Source of the DNA: a virus
Virus record (IMG/VR): IMGVR_UViG_3300045996_000607
Location: 22,292-86,291 of that record
Reading direction: 5' to 3' (one strand)
Length of the DNA stretch: 64,000 nt
In this document: one piece after another, positions 55,145 to 62,935 of the stretch
Numbering within the stretch: the first letter of the stretch is position 1
Layout of the letters: every line of letters starts with the position of its first letter
Position numbers and translations under genes: made by a program
The notes under the pieces: generated by a model
The model's database searches: none
The model's input: only the letters and a program-made list of their open reading frames with translations
What the model was told of the DNA's origin: nothing

Positions 55145-55845
55145 GTGGCTGGGTGTCCATGCACCGCGGCTGGCGCGATTGTGAAGCGTTCGAGGATCGA
55201 CGCGACCCGATGGCCGACGCGGACGCATGGTTCTGGATCATCGAACATACGGCGTGGAAGCCGCTTCGCCGCACTGCGGGTCAGGGCCAGTCTGTGATGC
55301 TGAAACGCGGCCAAATTCACATCTCCGATCGCTCACTGGCCACTGCTTTTCACTGGGATAAAAAGCGGGTTCGACGCTTCCTTGAGCGCCTTGAGCAGCA
55401 CGGGATGGTGCTTCAAAATCGGGACCAGTCAGGGACCATTTTAACTGTCTGTAATTACGACAAATATCAGCAGATTTCGGAACCGTCGGGACCAGCTAAG
55501 GACCAGTCAGGGACCACACAAGAACAAGGGAAACAAGATTCTGCTTCTAACGAAGCAGGCGTTCCGCCCGTCGACACCGTGAAAGCCATCTTCGAGCTTG
55601 GCGTCACGCTCTTGACCGCATCGGGACAAACCGAACGCGACTCCCGCTCCATCGTGGGCCGTTGGCGCAAGAACTACTCGGACAGCCGAGTTCTGGAAGC
55701 ACTGGTCGACTGCCAAAATCGGCGGATCAGCAACCCCGTGGAATGGATGCCCCGCCGCCTCTCCGCCTCTGGCGCACAGGCTCCGGGCAGCGACCTCGCC
55801 TCGCTGCTTGAGCAATCCTCCCGCTATCGAAAGCAAGCAGCATGA
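55141..55845 (+). CDS. Replication initiator (O-like), phage B
   Basis: [20 protein letters not shown]; internal iterons. Confidence 0.8.
   Translation: MSGWVSMHRGWRDCEAFEDRRDPMADADAWFWIIEHTAWKPLRRTAGQGQSVMLKRGQIHISDRSLATAFHWDKKRVRRFLERLEQHGMVLQNRDQSGTILTVCNYDKYQQISEPSGPAKDQSGTTQEQGKQDSASNEAGVPPVDTVKAIFELGVTLLTASGQTERDSRSIVGRWRKNYSDSRVLEALVDCQNRRISNPVEWMPRRLSASGAQAPGSDLASLLEQSSRYRKQAA
55421..55540. other. Putative replication origin of phage B
   Basis: Five GGACCA repeats in two clusters (55421-55438, 55488-55516), followed by an A-rich tract. Confidence 0.65.
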
Positions 55846-56300
55846 GTGGAAGCGTCAACAAGGTAATCATCGTTGGCAATCTCGGCCGAGATCCGGAGAG
55901 CCGATCGTTCCAGAACGGCGGCAAGGTGGTCGAGCTTCGCATCGCCACCTCGGAGAGCTGGAAGGACCGCAACTCGGGCGAGCGCAAGGAAAAGACCGAT
56001 TGGCACACGGTCAAGGTCTTCAACGAAGGCCTCGCCAACGTCGCCGAGAAGTATCTCCGCAAGGGCTCCAAGGTCTACATCGAGGGCGCGCTGCAGACCC
56101 GCAAATGGCAGGACCAGAGCGGGGCCGACCGGTATGCCACGGAGATCGTGCTTCAGGGCTTCAACAGCGTCCTGACAATGCTCGATGCGCCGAACGGGAA
56201 CGACCGCGGCGCCGATCGCGAGCAATCGCAGGGCGGGCAATCAGGCGGCAGCTTCGGCGGCGGTTTCCCCGATGATCTTGACGATTCGGTGCCGTTTTGA
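55842..56300 (+). CDS. ssb: Single-stranded DNA-binding protein
   Basis: [16 protein letters not shown]...TRKWQD; acidic DDSVPF tail. Confidence 0.95.
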   Translation: MSGSVNKVIIVGNLGRDPESRSFQNGGKVVELRIATSESWKDRNSGERKEKTDWHTVKVFNEGLANVAEKYLRKGSKVYIEGALQTRKWQDQSGADRYATEIVLQGFNSVLTMLDAPNGNDRGADREQSQGGQSGGSFGGGFPDDLDDSVPF

Positions 56301-56497
56301 GGGCGGTTCTCGCCAAGATCGTCGCGGGTTCGATGATCGCCGGTGCGGCTCTGCTCGCGGACGCTGCACGCGATAGCGATCGAAACCCGGAGGGCGAAGA
56401 CGGCACGGCTTCGTCGCGGAGCGATGAGAGCGCGGGCCCGTCAGGGCATCGCACCGATACCGGAGCCCTCCCCGACAGCATGAAGGAACAGGCATGA
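56297..56497 (+). CDS. Small ORF ending in element E4 and linker L4
   Basis: TTGA and ATGA coupling; hydrophobic N-terminus. Confidence 0.4.
   Translation: MRAVLAKIVAGSMIAGAALLADAARDSDRNPEGEDGTASSRSDESAGPSGHRTDTGALPDSMKEQA
56371..56455 (+). repeat. Branched-hairpin element E4
   Basis: GATCGAAA-CCC(GGA)GGG-CGAAGA-CG(GCA)CG-GCTTCG-TCGC(GGA)GCGA-TGAGAGC-GCGG-GCCC(GTCA)GGGC-ATCGC. Confidence 0.7.
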
Positions 56498-56745
56498 GCG
56501 AGAGCCAAAACTGGCGAGAGATCGCCGAACGGATCAAGCCGCAACTTCTCGGCATGGACGTCACCGGCGACGAGTTGATGTGGGTGATGCGATACACCTG
56601 GTACTTCCAGAACATATCAGGCTGGGCGATGTCCGAGTGTGTCCGAATGGCCAACGCAGCCTACGAGGCTTGGGGCCAAGACCCGACCTGCACGCCTGAG
56701 GAGATCGCTTCAAGCGACGCGGCGTGTTTGCGCGAGGCCGGATAA
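56494..56745 (+). CDS. Hypothetical protein (slot after L4)
   Basis: Coupled. Confidence 0.6.
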   Translation: MSESQNWREIAERIKPQLLGMDVTGDELMWVMRYTWYFQNISGWAMSECVRMANAAYEAWGQDPTCTPEEIASSDAACLREAG

Positions 56746-56924
56746 TGACCGCCACCCTCATCATCCTCACCACCGGCATTCTCGCCGCGTCGGTCTTCGC
56801 CTGGAACATCGGCTTTGGCGCGGTTGCGGTGTTCGTGTGGGCATCGGTGACCGGAGCGTGGTGGAACAGCCCTGCAGAGCGTCGCAAGCGTCTGCTGGCT
56901 TCATGGAACAGGAGGAAGGGGTGA
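56745..56924 (+). CDS. Small membrane protein ending in L6
   Basis: Two hydrophobic stretches; TAATG coupling. Confidence 0.55.
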   Translation: MTATLIILTTGILAASVFAWNIGFGAVAVFVWASVTGAWWNSPAERRKRLLASWNRRKG

Positions 56925-57139
56925 TGGGAGCGATCCAGACGATTTGCCAACGGTGCGGCTCAACGCACGTAAACGGGCGCTGTGATTGTAGCGGTGGGCA
57001 GACGGTCAATCTGGTCCAGTGCGCCTACTGCGGCGTGCACACGACCTCAGACCGCATCATCGCGGGGAAGTGCGCGCAGTGCCAAGCGCACGCCGGCGAT
57101 CAGTCCCTCTTCCCCCGCAAACCACCGGCGCAGGAGTGA
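56924..57139 (+). CDS. Small Cys-rich Zn-finger protein (slot L6-L7)
   Basis: CQRC, CDC, CAYC, CAQC. Confidence 0.6.
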   Translation: MGAIQTICQRCGSTHVNGRCDCSGGQTVNLVQCAYCGVHTTSDRIIAGKCAQCQAHAGDQSLFPRKPPAQE

Positions 57140-57277
57140 GTGATGGCGCGTAAACTAGGCGGCTCTAGGCCGTGCTTTGCATTGCGAACAAATCGGGAAT
57201 TTGCTAGTATTTCTGCGGCCCGAACAGGTGTTGGTAGCACCTATCCGAGCCTGACCACAACGCGATTGGAGCGCGAT

Positions 57278-57844
57278 ATGGCTACTCGCCCCGTAGAGGC
57301 ATCTGCGGCGATTCTCAACATCGCCCGCATCAACCCACATTGCTGCTGCTACTGCGGCTCGCCGTTCGACGTAACTAGAGATCACGTCATCCCGACAAGC
57401 TATCTTCGCGTAAAGAGAAGGTCCGAGGGGGACTGGCTGGTCCCGGCCTGTCGCGAATGTAATTCGACGTTAGGGTCAGAGTTGATTTTCAACGTGCCTG
57501 ATCGCGCGGCTTGGGTAGCGGCTGCCTATCGGCAGAAATACGCGAAAATCGTCCGCATGGTTGAATGGGGCGAGGATGAGATTGAGCAGCTAGGGCCAAA
57601 TCTGCGCCAAGTTGTTCTCGGCTCTATGCGAGCGAGAGCTGAGATTGGCGAACGCCTCCGGCATTTAGAAATCGTTGCCAGTATGGCGGTCAACTATCTG
57701 GCTCGGCTGAGGCCGCACATCGATCCTGAAGACGAGGATATTCCGGAATTCATGGCCGATGATTTGCATCTCGCTCGCCAACGCCGTCGCGAGCTCATCG
57801 CACTGGCAAGGAAGCGGAAAAGCATCTCGGAAATGAACCAATAG
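57278..57844 (+). CDS. HNH endonuclease
   Basis: CCYCG...DHVIP...LVPACRECN; GGAG RBS before ATG 57278. Confidence 0.8.
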   Translation: MATRPVEASAAILNIARINPHCCCYCGSPFDVTRDHVIPTSYLRVKRRSEGDWLVPACRECNSTLGSELIFNVPDRAAWVAAAYRQKYAKIVRMVEWGEDEIEQLGPNLRQVVLGSMRARAEIGERLRHLEIVASMAVNYLARLRPHIDPEDEDIPEFMADDLHLARQRRRELIALARKRKSISEMNQ

Positions 57845-57892
57845 GCGCAGCGCGAACACGCCACACGGGCTTTAAAATCGAAAGGACGGGAT

Positions 57893-58438
57893 ATGGGTCG
57901 CCACGCAAAACGCAAGCCGATGAAAGCCAAGGGTCCTCCGATCATCGTGGTTACCGGCATCGACGCCACGCCCGAACGGCTGGCAAAGGACCCGGACAAC
58001 GACATTGTCCCAGCCGGCATCGAGAAGCTTGGGGAGCGGCAGGGTCGTGCCAGGCAGTTCCGCGCAACCCACCTCGATCGCCTGCACAAGTCGGGGAACC
58101 TGAGCTACCTGCAGTGGTACGCCGGCAACGTCTACCGTGAGACGCATGCTCGCTGCCACTTCGCCTTGTCGGTGGTCGCAAGCTACGGCGAGCGCACCGG
58201 AGCGGCGGAGCATCCCGGCGCGTTCGGCTTCGGGTTGCCGCGGCAAGAAGCGCAGGTCAGGGCCCGCGACCAGATGCGGCTCATGCGCAGCGAGTTCCCC
58301 CGCGAGCTGCAGGGCTTCATGGACCGTCTGCTGATCCACGACAGCATGCCGCGCTATGCGGGGCGGGCTGCGATGCGGAACATGGCCGAGATCCGCAAAG
58401 GGCTGGATGCGCTCGCGCTGTATCTGCGCTTGACGTGA
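57893..58438 (+). CDS. Putative late-gene regulator (Q-like), phage B
   Basis: Near-identical to 13380-13925. Confidence 0.6.
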   Translation: MGRHAKRKPMKAKGPPIIVVTGIDATPERLAKDPDNDIVPAGIEKLGERQGRARQFRATHLDRLHKSGNLSYLQWYAGNVYRETHARCHFALSVVASYGERTGAAEHPGAFGFGLPRQEAQVRARDQMRLMRSEFPRELQGFMDRLLIHDSMPRYAGRAAMRNMAEIRKGLDALALYLRLT

Positions 58439-58486
58439 CCGGAAAATTCGGGCATGGAATCCCACAAGTTGGCGAATTGCGCCAAT

Positions 58487-58512
58487 AAGGGCTCGCTTCG
58501 GCGGGCCTTTCT
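58487..58512 (+). terminator. Intrinsic terminator (tR'-like), phage B
   Basis: Same hairpin as 13974-14000. Confidence 0.7.
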
Positions 58513-58654
58513 TGTTTCTGGCGCCCTCCCTTCGCCAGACCCCGCCCGACCCCAATCCGCAGACGCACTGATGCACCAGCTGCGCGAAGGCCGTCGGGCG
58601 GGAATATTCACAGACTGAAAGCGGCGACCCGCATGCGGACCCGTGGAGAAAGTC

Positions 58655-58927
58655 ATGGAAGAACAGCCCACTGAAGAACCGAACCGCGGCAACGCCGGCA
58701 AGGGCCGCCCAAAAGGCTCGGTCAACAAGGCGACCAAGGCGATCAAGGAGATGATCCTTCAGGCGCTGGACGAGGCGCACCCTGATGGTGGCGTCGCGTA
58801 CCTGAAGAAGCAGGCCAACGAGCAGCCGGTCGCGTTTATGTCGCTGATCGCCAAGGTGATGCCGACGCAACTTACCGGAGAGGATGGCGGGGCAATTCAG
58901 GTGACCGCCATTCGCTGGGTTGACTGA
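58655..58927 (+). CDS. terS: Terminase small subunit, phage B
   Basis: Core nearly identical to phage A TerS; termini differ. Confidence 0.8.
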   Translation: MEEQPTEEPNRGNAGKGRPKGSVNKATKAIKEMILQALDEAHPDGGVAYLKKQANEQPVAFMSLIAKVMPTQLTGEDGGAIQVTAIRWVD

Positions 58928-60191
58928 GCTTGTCATCCCGAGGGCCCGCGTGTTTTCGCCCCTCACCCGGCCGGCGCGCTACAAGGGCGCATATGGCGGT
59001 CGCGGATCGGGCAAGTCGCAGTTCTTCGCGGATCTCATGGTGGCGAGGGCTGTGGCGCAACCGGGCTTTCGGGCACTCTGCTGCCGCGAGGTCCAGAAAA
59101 GCCTCAAGGAATCGGCGAAGCGGCTGATCGAGCAGAAGATCATCCAGCAGGGCGTCGGCAAGCTGTTCGAGGTGCAGGAGTCGCAGATCAAGACCCCGGG
59201 TGGTGGCTTGGTCGCGTTCGCGGGCCTGCAGGATCACACGAGCGAGAGCATCAAGTCGTACGAGGGCTTCGACGTCGCGTGGGTCGAGGAGGCCCAGACC
59301 GTCAGCGACCGATCGCTGAACCTGCTGCGTCCTACCATCCGCGCGCCGGGCTCGGAATTGTGGTTCAGCTGGAACCCGCGACGCCGGGAAGACGCAGTCG
59401 ACAAGATGCTGCGAGGCTCGGAGCTACCAACTAACGCGATCGTGGTCCGGGCGAATTATGACGAGAACCGGTGGTTTCCCGCGGAGCTGGAGCAGGAGCG
59501 GCTGGACTGCCTCCGCCAACAACCGGACCAGTACGCGCACATCTGGGAAGGCGATTACGTCACCGTTGCAGCGGGCGCCTATTACGCGGCCGATCTCGCG
59601 AAGGCACGGGCGGATAGCAGGATCGGGTTCGTCGCTCCTGACCCGCTGATGACCTATCGGGCGTTCTGGGACATCGGCACACGGGACGCGACGGCCATCT
59701 GGATAGCCCAGTTCGTTGGCTCGGAAATCCGCGTGCTGGATCACTATGAGGCATCGGGTCAACCGCTGGCAGCGCACCTCAACTGGCTGCGCTCACGGGG
59801 CTACGCAGCGGCTCAATGCGTGTTGCCGCACGATGGCGCGAACGAGAACCACGTTACGGCCATCCGTTTCGAGGATCACATCAAGGCGGCGGGTTTCGAC
59901 ACGCTTGTCATCAAGAACCAGGGCAAGGGCGCCGCGCTCAAGCGTGTGGAGGCATCGCGACGGCTGTTCCCATCGGTCCGTGTGAATGAAGAGACGTGCC
60001 GCTCCGGTCTCGAGGCGCTTGGCTGGTACCACGAACGCCGGGACGAGCATCGGGGTATCGGGCTCGGGCCTGAACACGACTGGGCGTCGCATTCCGCGGA
60101 CGCATGGGGGCTGATGTGCGTGGCGCACGCCGAACTGGCGGCTTCCGACACATGGGCGCCGGTCACGCAACGCAAGATCCGGGTGGTCTAG
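58920..60191 (+). CDS. terL: Terminase large subunit (PBSX-like), phage B
   Basis: GGRGSGKS, WVEEAQ, SWNP, WDIG, HSADAW. Confidence 0.95.
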   Translation: MTELVIPRARVFSPLTRPARYKGAYGGRGSGKSQFFADLMVARAVAQPGFRALCCREVQKSLKESAKRLIEQKIIQQGVGKLFEVQESQIKTPGGGLVAFAGLQDHTSESIKSYEGFDVAWVEEAQTVSDRSLNLLRPTIRAPGSELWFSWNPRRREDAVDKMLRGSELPTNAIVVRANYDENRWFPAELEQERLDCLRQQPDQYAHIWEGDYVTVAAGAYYAADLAKARADSRIGFVAPDPLMTYRAFWDIGTRDATAIWIAQFVGSEIRVLDHYEASGQPLAAHLNWLRSRGYAAAQCVLPHDGANENHVTAIRFEDHIKAAGFDTLVIKNQGKGAALKRVEASRRLFPSVRVNEETCRSGLEALGWYHERRDEHRGIGLGPEHDWASHSADAWGLMCVAHAELAASDTWAPVTQRKIRVV

Positions 60192-60240
60192 CCCGAAGTT
60201 CAATCCGGGTGGGCAATCAACGCGAACACAGGAGAACGAC

Positions 60241-60789
60241 ATGACCAAGGCAAAGACCGCCCCGGCCCGTCCGGCGGCGAAGGAAGACGTTATCGCAACG
60301 CAGGGCGACACCAAGCTTGTGCTGCAGGGTGCCGCGGAAAGCGACCGGCCCGTCCAGAAGGCCGGCGAGAAGGGTCCGGCATCCTCGCTCGAAACCGGCG
60401 TCGGCTCTGTCACTGGCGCGAGTGCAGGCGGCGAGCACGACTTCGAAGGCCGCCGCGGCGAAGGCGCCACCAAGCCCAAAGGCCAGCTCTACAGCGTGCA
60501 GAAGCACGACGACGAGAACGGCCTGCAGGTCGAATACGTCACTGCGGAGAGCGGCGACGAGGCGGCGCAGAAGGTCCTCGAGGCGGCCAAGTACAAGGGC
60601 ACGTCGATCCGCGGCGTCGATGTCGCCAGTGCGCCCGATCCCAACAGCCACGGCGGCGAGCGCGATGCGGCTATCATGATCGCCAATGCCGAGAACCCGG
60701 GCGATGCGGTCGATCCGCTCGGCACCGATGCCAACCGCGAGGCCAGCAAGGGTCTGGGCAAGGCCGACATCACTGAACTGGGCGAGTAA
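60241..60789 (+). CDS. Hypothetical late protein
   Basis: AGGAG RBS; shares a domain with 60852-61058. Confidence 0.7.
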   Translation: MTKAKTAPARPAAKEDVIATQGDTKLVLQGAAESDRPVQKAGEKGPASSLETGVGSVTGASAGGEHDFEGRRGEGATKPKGQLYSVQKHDDENGLQVEYVTAESGDEAAQKVLEAAKYKGTSIRGVDVASAPDPNSHGGERDAAIMIANAENPGDAVDPLGTDANREASKGLGKADITELGE

Positions 60790-60795
60790 GCCCAC

Positions 60796-60828
60796 ACGGC
60801 GCGGCTTATCCCCTGGCCGCGCCGTTTT
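60796..60828 (+). terminator. Intrinsic terminator-like hairpin
   Basis: ACGGCGCGGC...GCCGCGCCGT-TTT. Confidence 0.6.
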
Positions 60829-60851
60829 ACCCTCCAGCAATCGGAAATATC

Positions 60852-61058
60852 ATGGCTGAACAGCTATATCGGGTGACGCTGACCACGGCGGTTGGCACCA
60901 ACCTCGACGCCGACGTTATGGCGGAAACCGGCGACGGCGCGGCGCTCGCAGCGCTGGCAGAGCATCGCGGTGCGCGCGTCTCGCACGTCGAGCCCGCCCC
61001 CGCGCACCTCCAGCCGCACATCATCGCGGCCAAGGCAGCCGAGAAGAAGGCCGCCTGA
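60852..61058 (+). CDS. Small hypothetical late protein
   Basis: TGATG-coupled to the portal gene. Confidence 0.65.
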   Translation: MAEQLYRVTLTTAVGTNLDADVMAETGDGAALAALAEHRGARVSHVEPAPAHLQPHIIAAKAAEKKAA

Positions 61059-62935
61059 TGATCGAAGCTACCGCCTTTCGTGACCTCGTGGTCCGCAGGC
61101 GGGACGCGTGCGTCAAGTTCAAGGACGGGAAGCCGTCCCGCGATCGGCGCGAGGCGATGGACTTCTACAACGGCAAGAACCTCGATCTCTACGGCGACAG
61201 CGGGGACGGACTTTCCACCGTCGTCAGCCGCGACGTCATGGAATCGATCGAAAGCGTCATGCCTCCCCTGCTGCGCCCGTTCGTGGCTGGCGAGGAGGTG
61301 GTCTCGTTCGATCCCGTGCAGGCAGAGGACGAGGAAGGCACCAAGCAGGCTACCGAATACGTCAACCACGTCTTCAAGCGCGGCAACAACGTGCTCGACG
61401 TGGCGCAGACGGCGCTGAAGGATGGGCTCCTGTTCCGTCTTGGCGTGGCAAAGACCGTCATGGAAGAGGAAGAGGACGGCGGGCCCGAGCAGTTCAGTGA
61501 TCTGGATGAAGCACAGCTGATGGCGCTCAGGGCGTCCGCACAAGAGCAAGGCCGCGAGCTGGTGGGCGACATAGCCCAAGACCCCTCGACAGGCCTCTAC
61601 AGTGCCACGCTGGGGCCGAAGAAGCGCAAATGCTACCGCGTCCACATCATCGCGCCCGACGAGTTCCTGTATGAGGAGCGGCTGGCATCGCTGAACGCCT
61701 CCACGTTCCTCGGGCACTCCAAGGTTGTCGCATTGGGCGACCTGATCGCCATGGGCCTCGATGAGGAAAAATGCCGCGCGCTGAAATCGGGCAAGCCTAG
61801 CGAGGAGCAGGACGCCCGCTTCCCCGACGAAGACGACAACGGCGACGACTGGAAGACCGACGACCTCGCCCGGCCGGTCTGGGTCGATGAATGCTATATC
61901 CGGTGCGACTATCAGGGTGAAGGCGTCCTCGAATGGCGCAAGGTCATGCTCGGCGGGCAGGACAAGACGCTCATTCTTGATGAGGCCGCGGAAGATCACC
62001 CCTATTCGACGTGGACCCCAATCCCGATCCCGCACAAGCTGGTCGGGCTCTCCTATTTCGATCTGACCCGCGAGATCCAGATCAACAAGACCGCGATTCA
62101 GCGCGAGCTGAATAATGCGATGTACCTTGCCAATCGCCCGATGCGTGCGGTGCTGAAGGGCAAGGCGGACATCGACGCGCTGCTGAACCCGTCGGTGGGC
62201 GGGATCGTGCAGATTTCGGAAAAGGGAGCCGTCGAAAACATCCCGAGCGGCGGTGACGCAGCTTTCGGTCCCGGCCTCCAGATGATCGAATACATGGACG
62301 GGATGCGCGAAGCCCGTACCGGCGTCACCCGCTACAATCAGGGTATGGATTCCAACTCGCTGAACAAGACGGCGACTGGCATGAATATCATCTCGAGCAA
62401 CAGCCAGCAGCGCCAGGAGCTGGTTGCGCGGCAGTTTGGCGAGTTCCTGAAGGACATCTTCCTCAAGCTGCTGGGCCTCGTCTCGCAGCACGCCTCAGAG
62501 CAGGACGTGGCGAAGCTCCGCGGCCAGTTCGTACCATGGCCGACCGAATACGACGCGAACGTCTCGGTCGGGCTAGGAACGAATAACAAGGATCAGCTTG
62601 TCGGCCACCTGATGTCGCTGATGCAGCTTGATGAGCGCATTATCGGGCTTCAGCAGGGCCTGAACGGCCCGCTCCTTACCGCCGTCAACGTTTACGAGAA
62701 GCTGAAGCGCGTCACCGAAGCGATGGGGCTGAAGGGCGACAAATATTACACCAACCCCGAGGACATGGAAGCGCAGCCGCAGCAACAGCAGGAGCCACCG
62801 CAAGACCCGTTGGCAGAGCCGAAGCTGAAGGCGCAGACCGAGATCGAGAAGGAAAACATCCGGCAGCAGGGCAAGGTTGCCGTCGAGCAGATGCGGCAGC
62901 AAAGCTCGGTTGTGCCGTTTGAGGCTGTGGGCTGA
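61058..62935 (+). CDS. Portal protein, phage B
   Basis: Homologous to 15857-17941 (S.VVSRDV, RTGVTR.NQG....LNKTA.G, VGLGT). Confidence 0.85.
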   Translation: MIEATAFRDLVVRRRDACVKFKDGKPSRDRREAMDFYNGKNLDLYGDSGDGLSTVVSRDVMESIESVMPPLLRPFVAGEEVVSFDPVQAEDEEGTKQATEYVNHVFKRGNNVLDVAQTALKDGLLFRLGVAKTVMEEEEDGGPEQFSDLDEAQLMALRASAQEQGRELVGDIAQDPSTGLYSATLGPKKRKCYRVHIIAPDEFLYEERLASLNASTFLGHSKVVALGDLIAMGLDEEKCRALKSGKPSEEQDARFPDEDDNGDDWKTDDLARPVWVDECYIRCDYQGEGVLEWRKVMLGGQDKTLILDEAAEDHPYSTWTPIPIPHKLVGLSYFDLTREIQINKTAIQRELNNAMYLANRPMRAVLKGKADIDALLNPSVGGIVQISEKGAVENIPSGGDAAFGPGLQMIEYMDGMREARTGVTRYNQGMDSNSLNKTATGMNIISSNSQQRQELVARQFGEFLKDIFLKLLGLVSQHASEQDVAKLRGQFVPWPTEYDANVSVGLGTNNKDQLVGHLMSLMQLDERIIGLQQGLNGPLLTAVNVYEKLKRVTEAMGLKGDKYYTNPEDMEAQPQQQQEPPQDPLAEPKLKAQTEIEKENIRQQGKVAVEQMRQQSSVVPFEAVG

